A DNA stretch of 64,000 bases, taken from assembly GCA_964016885.1 (NCBI GenBank), contig OZ024743.1:237460001-237524000 (forward strand). The letters are read 5' to 3'. Below the pieces are notes generated by a model. That model worked only from the letters and a program-made list of their open reading frames with translations. It was not told where the DNA came from and searched no databases. Below are positions 24,933 to 37,856 of this stretch, piece after piece. The position numbers were made by a program, and so were the translations under genes. This DNA comes from Eledone cirrhosa (taxonomy: Eukaryota). Position 1 is the stretch's first letter; every line of letters begins with the position of its first letter.

Positions 24933-27694
24933 ATGCCCGTGGTGAAAGTCTTCGTGAGGGGAAAGCCACAGCGAGCCCTCGTGGACACGGGCTGTACGAC
25001 GACACTGGTGACCGCGAGGGCGGCACAGAGGTGGAAAGGGAAGAGCAGCGTAAGGGCAGCCGACGGTAGGAAAATTGAATGCCGAGGTCGCAGCGAGGTG
25101 AAGATGGCGGTACGGGGAAAGAAAATAAGGCTTTCTGCCATCGTAGTCGACAACGTGGTGGATGGGATCGGCGTAGTTATGGGCATGGACGCAATTGGCC
25201 GTCTAGGAGGCGTCACAGTGAACAGTGTCGGTGTGTCGTTTGGCGGCGCCGCATCGGTATGCGCTGTGAATACGTGACAGGAGAACCAGAAGGCCCACGA
25301 GGAGAAATATCCCGCTTACACTATACAGGACAAAGACTTCAAGGCCGTGTTCGATGGGCAACGATGGGTTGTTGAGTGGTACTGGAAGGGAGAACCACCA
25401 ACACTGAAGATCAAAGTGGGCTGCTATCAACACACATTGAAGGGAGACATTAGGATCGAGTTTGAGCGAGAGGTAGAGAGATGGATTGAGGAGGGCATAC
25501 TGCTTCCCTGAAAAGAGGAGGTGAAGTGTGGAGTATTGCCGTTAATGGCGGTGGCGCAACCCACGAAGAACAAGGTGAGGCCGGTACTGGACTTTCGGGA
25601 GCTGAACGAGCACGTGTCATGCCACACGGGTGGCGAGGTCACGGATGTCTGTGGGGAAACCCTGCGTGAGTGGAGACGCATGACGGGGGCCTCCGCAATC
25701 GTCGATCTAAAGTCGGCATACTTACAATTACACATAGATGAGAAGCTCTGGCAGTATCAGCTGGTCAGGTATAAGGGCCGGACATATTGCCTGACCAGGC
25801 TCGGTTTCGGGCTCAACTCTGCACCGAAGATCATGGCGGCGCTCCTCAAGACCATTCTGGGAAAGACCGACAAGATTAAGAGGGCCACTAATTCCTACAT
25901 TGACGACATCCTAGTGGACGAGTCTGTAGTTCGGCGGCGGAGGTCACGAGCCATTTACAGGGTATGGACTGGCTGCGAAGCCGTCAGAAGCGTTGGAGGG
26001 AGGAGCTGCGCTGGGACTTAGGTTACGGCGAGACAGGACGGGCGTGTTAGTATTCCAGAGGGGAAATGAAGTTCCAGAACTGGGCCCAAGTATGAGTAGG
26101 CGGGAGCTTTTCTCGGCGTGTGGAAAGTTGGTGGGGTACTACCCGATTGCTGGGTGGCTCCGGACGGCATGCAGCTATGTCAAGAGAGTGACAGAGTGGG
26201 AGAGAGGACGGTGGCCATGATGCAGGAGATCGTGGAGAGGGTGAAGGCCGACGACCCAGTGCGGGGACGCTGGTATGTTCCCAAATTGCAGAGCGGAACC
26301 GTATGGTGCGATGCCAGCAGCATAGCGCTAAGTGTCACTTTGGAGATAGGAGGTGTTGAGGTTGAGGATGAAGCCTGGCTTAGGAAGAAGGACGATTGCA
26401 ACCACATCAATGTGACCGAACTGGACGCGGTGTTGAGAGGGGTGAACCTCGCCCTAAGGTGGGGACTGCGCACGATCGAAATCCGCACCGACTCGGCTAC
26501 TGTACTCGGATGGGTGAGATCAGTGCTCACCAGTGAGAAGAGAGTGCGAACGAGAGGGGCGGCGGAGATGCTGATAAAGTGCCGCCTGGGAACTTTAGGA
26601 GGGCTGGCCACCGAGTTCGACCTGAGGCTGAGCGTAGTTTTCGTGCCCTCAGAGAAAAATAGGGCGGACGTTTTAACCAGGGGGAAGAAAGCCTGGATGG
26701 AAGCGCCGGAGGAGGTAGAAGATGAAATAGCTGCCGTGTGTCGGCTGACCGAGTCGGATCTGAAAGGATTGCATGCCATGCACAACATGGGAGTGGATAG
26801 GACTCTGTTCCTAGCCAGGAGAATCGACTCGGACGTTAGCAGACACAGTGTTCAAAGAGTGGTTAGAGGCTGCGTCCGATGTCAATCCATTGATTCTACC
26901 CCGGGTGTGCACGAAACGGGAAGCCTCCCGGTGGATCGCGATTGGCGGTGGATGTAATACACTACCGACAAGGAACATACCTCTCAATGGTCGACTGTGG
27001 ACCGGGACGGATGGCGATATGGAAGGAGATGAAGACTGGAACGGCCGAGGAAATCACGCGGACGTTGAGAGAGGTGTTCTTGGAGCGGGACCCTGTGGAC
27101 GAACTGCTGATGGACAACAGCGCAGCATTCCGCTCGGAGGTGCTGAGGGAGATGCTCGATGGATGGAAGGTGGACCGTTTCTTCAGAGCAGCGTACAGGC
27201 CGAGCGGAAATGGAATCGTAGAGCGACACCACCAGACGATCAAAGCAATGGCGGAGCGGGACCACATCTCACCAATGGAGGCAGTGTTCTGGTACAACAT
27301 GTCTCGTCGGGTGGGACAGGTTGAGGAATCGGTGCCACACAGAGCAGTATTCAAATACGAGTGGCGGCACCCGTGCACACCACCACAACGGCCAGTGGAG
27401 AGAGAGAATGCATTCGTGCAGGTGGGCGAAGAAGTCTGGGTTAAGCCCCCAGATGCACGTTGCACATCTCAATGGGGAAGGGGAACGGTGACGGCCGTAA
27501 ATTCCCAGAACAATGTGTCCGTGGACGGAGTACCACGTCATGTCCTGGATGTCCGTAGAATTACTGTGTCAACGGACTCCGAGGAAGAGGAAACCCAAAA
27601 GTGCCGCCCCAACACTGCGGAGATCGCAAAGAAGTCGCAAACCACCAACCTGGACAGCAGACTTTCATATGCAGCAGGACGAGGGGGAAATTGA
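24933..27694 (+). pseudogene. pol: pol remnant (protease, RT, RNase H, integrase) broken by frameshifts and a stop
   Basis: LVDTGC protease; RPVLDFRELN, VDLKSAYLQ, YIDD RT; WCDAS/TELDA/RTDS/NRADVLTR RNase H; H-H-CxxC and DVIHY/DNSAAF/NGIVER integrase; spread over several frames, in-frame TGA near 25509. Confidence 0.9.
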
Positions 27695-28207
27695 TCCTTG
27701 AGATCAGGGGGGGGCGTGTGGGTATGGTATGGTGTGCGGTGGCCGGAGGCTGGGGAGTTTTCGACCGGAAGAGTGCTTGACCGGAAGGGTGCTTGACCGG
27801 AAGGGTGCTCTACCGGAAGGGCCAGCAGGTCTGCCTCTCTCTAGGGTTGTCAGCGAAGGTGGTGGACGTCAGTTTTGGAGCTCCCGGTTAACGAGTTGGA
27901 TTGTACGCACGTGGGAGAGGAGAAACCAGCCATTGGATTACCGGTGCCAGCAATAAGCGGGAAGTAGCTTTTTCTAACCACAGACACACCCTCAGTCAAC
28001 CTCTTTATGTCAAGACTCAAGAAGGGGTGGACCAACCACCCGCTCGAGTTTAACTACTGCTTCTCTTATTGATGCCCATCTGGGAGGTATCGATACCAAG
28101 TGATGCTCGATACTAAGAAGAGAATCATCTCTACCTTGGTATAAGTCTAATTACCCTTACCAGGTACCAAATGAACATACTTAAGATATGATTTAAAATA
28201 TATAAGA

Positions 28208-28325
28208 AAGCGCATGGCTGAGTGGTTAGAGAATTGGATTCTAAATCATGAGGTTGTGAGTTCGATTCCTGGACCGGGTGATGCGTTATGTCCTTAAGCA
28301 AGACACTTTATTTAACGTTGTTCCT
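28208..28325 (+). mobile_element. tRNA-derived SINE head
   Basis: A box TGGCTGAGTGG, B box GTTCGATTCC, body GTCCTTAAGCAAGACACTTTATTT. Confidence 0.7.
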
Positions 28326-28948
28326 TCTATCTGGAATTGCGACCGATAGATAGTATTAGCAATTGGAAAGACCAACGGAAACATTGTTCCCTCGGTCCGA
28401 TTTGACGAAAGTCGATCGACTGACGATATATAAGATTAAATATTTACAGGCGAAGAAAAGAAAGACAAATTAGTAAGGCAGAAAAAGAACTGGGTAGGGA
28501 AAGAAACAAAAAAGGAAAAAACTATAAATGATATAAGTTTAAAAGAAAGAACAAACACACAGAAGCATGTAGCACACACATCTAGGACCACACACATAAA
28601 AAGGCAGGTGAAAGGGGTGGAGAAACGAACCGCTGTCGGAACAAAAGATAACAATATCGCGAGGAGCACTAGAAAACCTCTCTAATAATTTTTTAGGTAA
28701 GCCAGTACGCTTGCAGTGTTACCACGAGTGATGGGGAGGCTAATGCGCTGGAACAACCTCGCAGTCAGTAGCCCGACTCACACAAACGTATCCAACGCCG
28801 GAGGCTGGAAAAGATTTTTTGCATTACAGCATTGTGGAAATATCGGAAACGGTGAAGAGAATCATATGGTGTTATGATCTGTCACATGATTTGGTGTGGG
28901 TGAGTGTGGACTGTATAGTGGAAAATGCAGGCTTGATAATTTTTTAGT

Positions 28949-29265
28949 GGGAGTGCATGGCCCAGTGGTAAGGGTGTTGGACTTACGATCATAATGTCAT
29001 AGATTCGATTCCTGGGTTAGGTTGCGTGTTGTGTTCTTGAGCAAAACACTTCATTTCACGTTGTTCCAGTATATTCTGCTGAAAATATGTACCAGTAATA
29101 GCTGGAGGTTTAACCCTGTGATGGACTGGCGTCATGTCTAGAGTACTCTCTGTCGCTTCACGCCATGAAACCAGCACTGGACAGACTTTAGCCCTGTGAC
29201 GGACTGGTGTCCTGTCCAGGGGAGAGTATTGTACTCTCAGTCGCTTCACACCACGAAACTGAGAG
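28949..29265 (+). mobile_element. tRNA-derived SINE
   Basis: A box TGGCCCAGTGG, B box ATTCGATTCC, body TTCTTGAGCAAAACACTTCATTTCACGTTG; internal duplication. Confidence 0.7.
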
Positions 29266-29777
29266 ACTAGACTAGGTCAGAACTAGAAGTGTAAAAAAGG
29301 ATAATTGTTTTTATTTTGGGCACAAGGCCAACAATTACCCAGTACATTACTGGTCCTTTATTTTATCGACCCCCGTAAGGATGAAAGGCAAAGTTAACCT
29401 TGGCAGGGTTTGAACTCAGAATGGAAAGGGCCGTAACTCTATGCGTCAAAGCATGGCGTCTGACCCTCTACCGATACTGCTAATCCACATGATAATGATG
29501 ATGATGGATTATAAAATAAAAGAAATAAGAAATAAACACAAATATAGAAGATTGATGATTTTTATTTATTTGACAAAAATATATAGCAATCAATATTCAT
29601 TTTGTAATATTTTCTTCATTAAAAGAACATCGTTGTTGATGTATTAAATTTCTCCGTACATAGACATATACAAACATAAAGAATAAAGGGAGGGAAATAT
29701 CTGATTCTTGGATATAAGGGAATTAAGAGATTGTGGCAGTGTAAAGTATTTTGACAAAACACAAATAATTAATAGTA

Positions 29778-29836
<59 letters not shown>

Positions 29837-30022
29837 GACGTAAAATAAGAAAATTTTAAAAATTAAAAATTAACTTACTATTTTTAAAATGTTCTTATTT
29901 TACGTCTTTCATATAATTGTTCTGCATCCCCCTGCATAGAACCACCTAGGTACTATGACATAACTTATGTATTTGCTAGCATTAGTGTACATCTGTACGC
30001 ATATGTTGGTAAATATACTAAT

Positions 30023-30074
<52 letters not shown>

Positions 30075-30076
30075 AT

Positions 30077-30157
<81 letters not shown>

Positions 30158-30232
30158 TGAATATATATATATATATATATATATATTATGGAATACTGTT
30201 GGCTTCTTGCTACAATAATTTCTATACTTTTC

Positions 30233-30281
<49 letters not shown>

Positions 30282-30798
30282 CCACCCCTCCACTCTCAAG
30301 CGTGAACCTAACACCTTACGTAACTGTACTCCTTGTTGTTGTTATTTATTTTTCCAAGATATATATATATATAGAGAGAGAGAGAGGGACCAACTATATA
30401 TGCTCACTCCACTTTTCCCTTCACTGCTCTGTATACACACATACACACCCTTATATTAACATACTTTTGCTCATAACTCCGTACTTACATGCACACACAC
30501 TCTTTTACTCACATATACACACACGTTTTTTCTTAGCTTCGTACAGACGTATAATAACACACACACACATGCTTACGCATGTGCTCAAGTATAGCTCTTT
30601 TTACAAAAGTTTTTTTTTTCCATTTCAGGTAGACGCGCTCCATCATCCACTTTTCTAAAAAACAAATCATACACAAAACGCCAGCACCAACAGTTTTGCA
30701 AGAGATATCAACATGAATGGACCTGTTATTTTTATCTAAAGACATTTTTTCCAATTCCATCCTGCCCGGCCCGTCAATCTATCTTATTTCTCATTCTT

Positions 30799-30835
30799 TC
30801 TTCTGATGAAGGACTAGCGTCCGAAACGTTATGAC
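30799..30835 (+). ncRNA. Minimal hammerhead motif (family A)
   Basis: TCTT CTGATGA A GGAC-TAGC-GTCC GAAACGTT; perfect stem II and palindromic stem III; stem I 3' strand imperfect. Confidence 0.65.
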
Positions 30836-30938
30836 CCTCTTCCAGCGTTAACCTAATATATACCTTCCATATACTGTACCGATTGTGTTGTTATTTCTGT
30901 TTACCTTTTACATACGTATATGTGTGTGAGTGTGTGAG

Positions 30939-31045
<107 letters not shown>

Positions 31046-31211
31046 AAGAGAGAGAGAGAGATAGTATGGGAGAGTATGTTCAGTCTTGTAGTTTTTGGTA
31101 ATGATGAAGACTACATTATTACAGTTCCACTGAAAGATGTTTTGTAGTTTTTGTTCTTCATAGTGGCAGTGAAAACTTTGAGATGTTTTAAGTGGAATGA
31201 AAGCTTAGTAA

Positions 31212-32030
31212 AGGAGGACTTGGGTAGAGGAGGACTTGGGTAGAGGGGGACTTGGGTAGAGGAAGACTTGGGTAGAGGAAGACTTGGGTAGAGGAGGACT
31301 TGGGTAGAGGGGGACTTGGGTAGAGGGGGACTTGGGTAGAGGAAGACTTGGGTAGAGGAGGACTTGGGTAGAGGAGGACTTGGGTAGAGGAAGACTTGGG
31401 TAGAGGAGGACTTGGGTAGAGGAGGACTTGGGTAGAGAGGGCTTGGGTAGAGGAGGACTTGGGTAGAGGAAGACTTGGGTAGAGGAGGATTTGGGTAGAG
31501 GAGGACTTGGGTAGGGGAGGACTTGGGTAGAGGAGGACTTGGGTAGAGGGGGACTTGGGTAGAGGAGGACTTGGGTAGAGGGCCCTTGGGTAGAGGGGGA
31601 CTTGGGTAGAGGAGGACTTGGGTAGAGGAAGACTTGGGTAGAGGAGGACTTGGGTAGAGGAAGACTTGGGTAGAGGAGGACTTGGGTAGAGGAAGACTTG
31701 GGTAGAGGATGACTTAGGTAGAGGGGGACTTGGGTAGAGGGGGACTTGGGTAGAGGGGGACTTGGGTAGAGGAAGACTTGGGTAGAGGAGGACTTGGGTA
31801 GAGGAGGACTTGGGTAGAGGAAGACTTGGGTAGAGGAGGACTTGGGTAGAGGAAGACTTGGGTAGAGGGGGACTTGGGTAGAGGGGGACTTGGGTAGAGG
31901 AGGACTTGGGTAGAGGAAGACATGGTAGAGGAGGACTTGGATAGAGGAGGACTTGGGTAGAGGGGGACTTGGGTAGAGGATGACTTGGGTAGAGGGGGAC
32001 TTGGGTAGAGGAGGACTTGTGTAGAAGGGG
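31212..32030. repeat. 16-bp G-rich minisatellite, about 50 copies
   Basis: GACTTGGGTAGAGGAG. Confidence 0.97.
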
Positions 32031-32269
32031 TTAGAGCTAAAGCTAAACCTTATAGAGGAGATGATGAAGGAAGGTTGAACTGGAAAAACACTGTCCAACC
32101 TATATAAAATTGAGAAAACAAATATGAAATAATTATGTCAATATATATTCTTCTTCTTGTCATATAACATATACATAATAGTTAAATAGGCATTGGGACA
32201 GGTGAGCCAGACTAAGGTATGATAGTATTATGGATTGTCTCCAGGTTGCCAGGGCGGGTGCAATCCTGA

Positions 32270-34545
32270 ACAACAGATAGTACTGTCTAGTCAGGGTGCC
32301 TAACAACATACAGTACTGTCTAGTCAGGGTCCCTAACAACATTCAGTACTGTGTAGTCAGGGTCCCTAACAACATACAGTACTGTCTAGCCAGGGTCCCT
32401 AACAACATACAGTACTGTCTAGCCAGGGTCCCTAATATCATACAGTACTGTCTGGTCAGGGTCTCTAACAACATAGAGGACTGTCTGGTTAGGGTCTCTA
32501 ACAACATACAGTACTGTCTAGTCAGGGTCCCTAACAACATATAGTACTGTCTAGTCAGCGTCTCTAACAACATACAGTACTGTCTAGTCAGGGTCCCTAA
32601 CAACATACAGTACTGTCTAGCCAGAGTCCCTAACAACATACAGTACTGTCTAGTCAGGGTCCCTAACAACATACAGTACTGTCTAGCCAGGGTCCCTAAC
32701 AACATACAGTACTGTCTAGCCAGGGTCCCTAACAACATACAGTACTGTCTGGTCAGGGTCTCAAACAACATACAGTACTGTCTGGTCAGGATCCCTAACA
32801 ACATACAGTACTGTCTAGTCAGGGTCCCTAACAACATACAGTACTCTCTGGTCAGGGTCCCTAACAACATACAGTACTCTCTGGTCAGGGTCCCTAACAA
32901 CATACAGTACTGTCTAACCAGGGTCTCTAACAACATACAGTACTGTCTAGCCAGGGTCTCTAACAACATACAGTACTGTCTAGCCAGGGTCCCTAACAAC
33001 ATACAGTACTGTCTAACCAGGGTCCCTAACAACATACAGTACTGTCTAGTCAGGGTCCCTAACAACATACAGTACTGTCTAGCCAGGGTCCCTAACAACA
33101 TACAGTACTGTCTGGTCAGGATCCCTAACAACATACAGTACAGTCTGGTCAGGGTCCCTAACGACATACAGTACTGTCTAGCCAGGGTCCCTAACCACAT
33201 ACAGTACTGTCTAGTCAGGGTCCCTAACAACATACAGTACTGTCTAGCCAGGGTCTCTAACAACATACAGTACTGTCTAGCCAGGGTCTCTAACAACATA
33301 CAGTACTGTCTAGCCAGGGTCTCTAACAACATACAGTACTGTCTAGCCAGGGTCCCTAACAACATACAGTACTGTCTGGTCAGGCTCCCTAACAAAATAC
33401 AGTACTGTCTAGCCAGGGTCTCTAACAACATACAGTACTGTCTAGCCAGGGTCCCTAACAACATACAGTACTGTCTGGTCAGGCTCCCTAACAACATACA
33501 GTACTGTCTAGTCAGGGTCTCTAACAACATACAGTACTGTCTAGCCAGGGTCCCTAACAACATACAGTACTGTCTAGTCAGGGTCTCTAACAACATACAG
33601 TACTGTCTAGCCAGGGTCTCTAACAACATACAGTACTGTCTAGTCAGGGTCTCTAACAACATACAGTACTGTCTAGCCAGGGTCCCTAACAACATACAGT
33701 ACTGTCTAGCCAGGGTCTCTAACAACATACAGTACTGTCTAGCCAGGGTCCCTAACAACATACAGTACTGTCTAGCCAGAGTCTCTAACAACATACAGTA
33801 CTGTCTAGTCAGGGTCTCTAACAACATACAGTACTGTCTAGCCAGGGTCCCTAACAACATACAGTACTGTCTAGCCAGGGTCCCTAACAACATACAGTAC
33901 TGTCTGGTCAGGGTCCCTAACAACATACAGTACTGTCTAGTCAGGGTCTCTAACAATAGACAGTACTGTCTAGTCAGGGTCCCTAACAACATACAGTACT
34001 GTCTAGCCAGGGTCCCTAACAACATACAGTACTGTCTAGCCAGGGTCCCTAACAACATACAGTACTGTCTAGCCAGGGTCTCTAACAACATACAGTACTG
34101 TCTAGCCAGGGTCCCTAACAACATACAGTACTGTCTAGCCAGAGTCTCTAACAACATACAGTACTGTCTAGCCAGGGTCCCTAACAACATACAGTACTGT
34201 CTGGTCAGGGTCCCTAACAACATACAGTACTGTCTAGTCAGGGTCCCTAACAACATACAGTACTGTCTGGTCAGGGTCCCTAACAACATACAGTACTGTC
34301 TAGCCAGGGTCTCTAACCACATACAGTACTGTCTAGTCAGGGTCCCTAACAACATACAGTACTGTCTGGTCAGGGTCCCTAACAACATACAGTACTGTCT
34401 GGTCAGGGTCTCTAACAACATACAGTACTGTCTAGCCAGGGTCCCTAACAACATACAGTACTGTCTGGTCAGGGTCTCTAACAACATACAGTACTGTCTA
34501 GCCAGGGTCTCTAACAACATACAGTACTGTCTAGTCAGGGTCCCC
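32270..34545. repeat. 33-bp minisatellite, about 69 copies
   Basis: CAGTACTGTCTAGTCAGGGTCCCTAACAACATA. Confidence 0.98.
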
Positions 34546-34630
34546 ACAGGGTCTTTCAGTTTCCCATCAATGGAGATGATTGGCTGTCCTGGCATGTGTT
34601 GTGTGGATCTGATTAAGGGACACCTGTTTT

Positions 34631-34684
34631 TGATGATGATGATGATGATGATGTTGGTGATGATGGTGGTGGTGATGGTGGTGG

Positions 34685-34734
<50 letters not shown>

Positions 34735-34906
34735 ACGATGATGATGATGATGATGATCATGATGGTGGTGACGATGATGATGATGATGATGGTGGTGGTG
34801 ATGATGGTGGTGGTGATGATGATGGTGGTGGTGATGATGATGATGGTGATGATGATGATGATGTTGGTGATGATGGTGGTGATGATGATGGTGACGATGA
34901 TGATCG

Positions 34907-34944
<38 letters not shown>

Positions 34945-35210
34945 GTGGTGGTGATGATGATGATGATGATGATGATGGTGGTGGTGATGATGATGGTGGT
35001 GGTGATGATGATGGTGGTGGTGATGATGATGGTGATGATGGTGGTGATGATGATGGTGGTGGTGATGATGATGGTGATGGCGGTGGTGATGATGATGGTG
35101 ATGGTGGTGGTGATGATGATGGTGGTGGTGATGATGATGGTGATGATGGTGGTGGTGATGATGATGGTGATGGTGGTGGTGATGATGATGGTGATGGCGG
35201 TGGTGATGAT
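34631..35210. repeat. (GAT/GGT)n microsatellite
   Basis: Direct inspection. Confidence 0.97.
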
Positions 35211-35614
35211 AGATGAATCTTTAATAAAAGAATTTTGTAAAAAGAAAAATAATCACTGTATATAGATGTATGTATATGTATATGTATGTATATAGATGTA
35301 TGTATATATGTGTATGTATATAGATGTATGTATATATGTGTATGTATATGGATATATGTATATGGATGTATGTATATGTATGTATGTATATATGGAAGTA
35401 TGTATATATAGATGTATGTATATGGATGTCTGTATATATGGATGTATGTATATGTATATATGTATATATAGATGTATGTATATGTATGGATGTATGTATA
35501 TATGGATGTATGTTTATATGGATGTATGTATATGTATATGTATATCTATGTATATGGATGTATGTATATATATATGTATGTATATATGGATGTATGTATA
35601 TATATGTGTGTATG

Positions 35615-35650
<36 letters not shown>

Positions 35651-35741
35651 TGTATATATATGTATGTATATATGTATATGTATGGATGGATATATATGTA
35701 TAGACATATATGGATGTAAATATATGTATGGATGTATATGG

Positions 35742-35772
<31 letters not shown>

Positions 35773-35919
35773 TGTATGTATATATATATATATATATATG
35801 TATATATGGATGTATGTATATATATATATGTATGTATGTATATATGTATGTATATATGGATGTATGTATATATATTATGGATGTATGTATATATATTATG
35901 TATGTATATATATTATGTC

Positions 35920-36523
35920 AGGTCACCAGTTGGTGCTACTGGTAACATGTATCCCAGTACAACCTGTCACATGGTCGGGTCGTTGGCGACTAAACTGGCA
36001 ACCCCACCAATGTTTCTTGGTGAGGAGGGTGACTTTGGACATTCTGCAGGACTAAAAACAAAACCTGTCAAAGGGCAAAGGAGCTCTTAAGAGTCAATGG
36101 CCATCCAAAATCACCGGGATGACCCCTTAGCCTTTGTCAAGGCAGAATTCTAGGAGAAGGAAAACTCTGATATAACACCTGCAACCCTGATGGTATTCAA
36201 TGATGTTGACTTGTTCTTCTTTTTGGTAAATATCATCTTGGTTAAGAGAGTGGGACTGGCTTTGTGCAGTGCCTTTTCTTACTATAAAAGCTTCACGGCA
36301 CAGGCATTGCTTTATATCTGGAGATCTCTCTGCACTTGTGGTCACATGGTACCATGGGCCCAGCACTATGTGTCAATAATTGTCACAAGTGTAGTGTTTG
36401 TACCAGAGTTTTCAAGTCGCTGGCTGGACTAAAATGTCACACTAGTTCAGTGCATCGGTAGGGGTTCTCCTACATGGATATAAAGTAGTGGCCATACTCG
36501 AAAACGAGTTGGCAGCCACCACC
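35920..36523 (+). mobile_element. Dispersed non-coding repeat (also 7812-8290 minus and 10285-10445 plus)
   Basis: Shared GTCGGGTCGTTGGCGACTAAAC.GGCAACCCCACC, CTAGGAGAAGG and TGGCCATACTCGA...GGCAGCCA blocks. Confidence 0.55.
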
Positions 36524-37560
36524 ATATATATATGTATGTATATGGCTTATTGGTAGAATTAAAAAAAAGGCTAACAGAAACAATTTAGTTAGTTACAGTG
36601 TGTGTGTTTATGTGTCTGTGTGTATGTATGTTTGTGTGTCTATATGTGTGTTTATGTGTATGTATGTGTCTGTGTGTGTATATATGTATGTATGTGTGTA
36701 TGTGTCTGTGTGTGTATATATGTGTGTATGTATGTGTGTATGTGTCTGTGTGTCTATATGTGTGTATGTGTGTATGTGTTTATATGTGTCTGTGTGTGTG
36801 TATGTGTTTGTGTATCTATCTATATATATGTGTATGTATGTGTGTAAATGTGTGTCTATATCTGTGTATGTATGTGTGTATGTATGTGTGTCTATGTGTG
36901 TGTATGTGTCTGTGTATCTATATATATATATGTGTATGTATGTGTGTAAGTGTATGTGTGTCTATGTGTGTATGTATGTGTCTATATGTGTGTATGTATG
37001 TGTCTATATGTGTGTGTATGTTTATCTATAAAACAGTTTATGACATTTACAAGATAAAGACTCTGGTCTTCTAAAATAAAATATATATTGAAGACAAAGA
37101 ACTTTCTCTTATTTTACTGTTTCTTCCTTTTTTTGTTCTTAGATGAAACTTTTTGTTAAGCAAGTGTAATGGCTTCTTATCTCATTCCAAGAAGGGTAAA
37201 AGAAAACAATATCTTAAGTGTTGTCAGAACTGGGAGTAGGAGGTAGGGGAAGGGTGAGAATAAAATAATTTGTTTGATTCAACTGAAAAACAACCAAATC
37301 ACTCTTCCTTCGCCCCACCTGCTGTGGAATAGTAAAATGTAAATTTTGAGATGTTTTAAGAATTAACATATGTGTCAAGTCTTTCAACTGAAAAACACAT
37401 TTGTTAGGATTCATACACAGTATTATTGAATGCCAAATATGAGAGAAAGTGTGTTAGGTATAGTTTACAGTATATATACACCATACACACAGACTTACAG
37501 TATATACACTTGCACACACCATATACACAGACTTTTATATGCATATACACACACATCTAC

Positions 37561-37608
<48 letters not shown>

Positions 37609-37856
37609 CCACATGTGCTTGCCGGCTGAGAGAAAGGAGTACTCAATACTGAAGTAGAGGTTTAATATTCATTTATAATAAGGCTAAAAAGTGAGTCTTG
37701 TTATTCTGGAGTTTTGCCTGTTTATCACAGGGTCATCAGGCAAGAACTCAGCTGTCATGTCAATGACATACAGATCTATATGCTATATATATATATATAT
37801 ATATGCTATATACACATATATATTTTAAAAAATAGAAGTGTGACACACGAGTTGTG

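Larger units (their letters stand above)
24144..27982 (+). mobile_element. Decayed Ty3/Gypsy-type LTR retrotransposon (about 3.8 kb)
   Basis: LTRs 24144-24413 and 27717-27982 (TG..CA, 5' copy mutated to TT; about 10 substitutions and 2 indels); TSD GACAC at 24139-24143 and 27983-27987; polypurine tract 27706-27714; domain order gag-PR-RT-RH-IN. Confidence 0.96.
23511..28072 (+). mobile_element. CR1/L2-like LINE 3' fragment split by the LTR element
   Basis: LQRRATNLVQGLSSLPYKEHL and VINHWNNLKQEIVDT before 24143, resuming as PSVNLFMSRLKKGW after 27987. Confidence 0.75.

Noticed and set aside
26180-27465. Antisense ORFs of 202 and 167 aa in the LTR element
   Set aside because: Shadow frames of GC-rich pol sequence with no motifs.
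28650-28775. GC-richer segment with GGCTAATG and short pairings resembling an HDV-like or twister ribozyme
   Set aside because: Could not assemble a consistent P1-P4 pseudoknot or twister core by eye; needs an Infernal scan.
31205-32098. Extensin-like SPPLPK ORF (also the 61.9-kb and 62.4-kb repeat ORFs)
   Set aside because: Minisatellite translations; the latter lie inside a Delta intron.
32343-34760. 805-aa ORF of LLGTLTRQYCM repeats
   Set aside because: Consequence of a 33-bp unit lacking a stop in one frame; starts in a (CAT)n tract; no splice or domain support.
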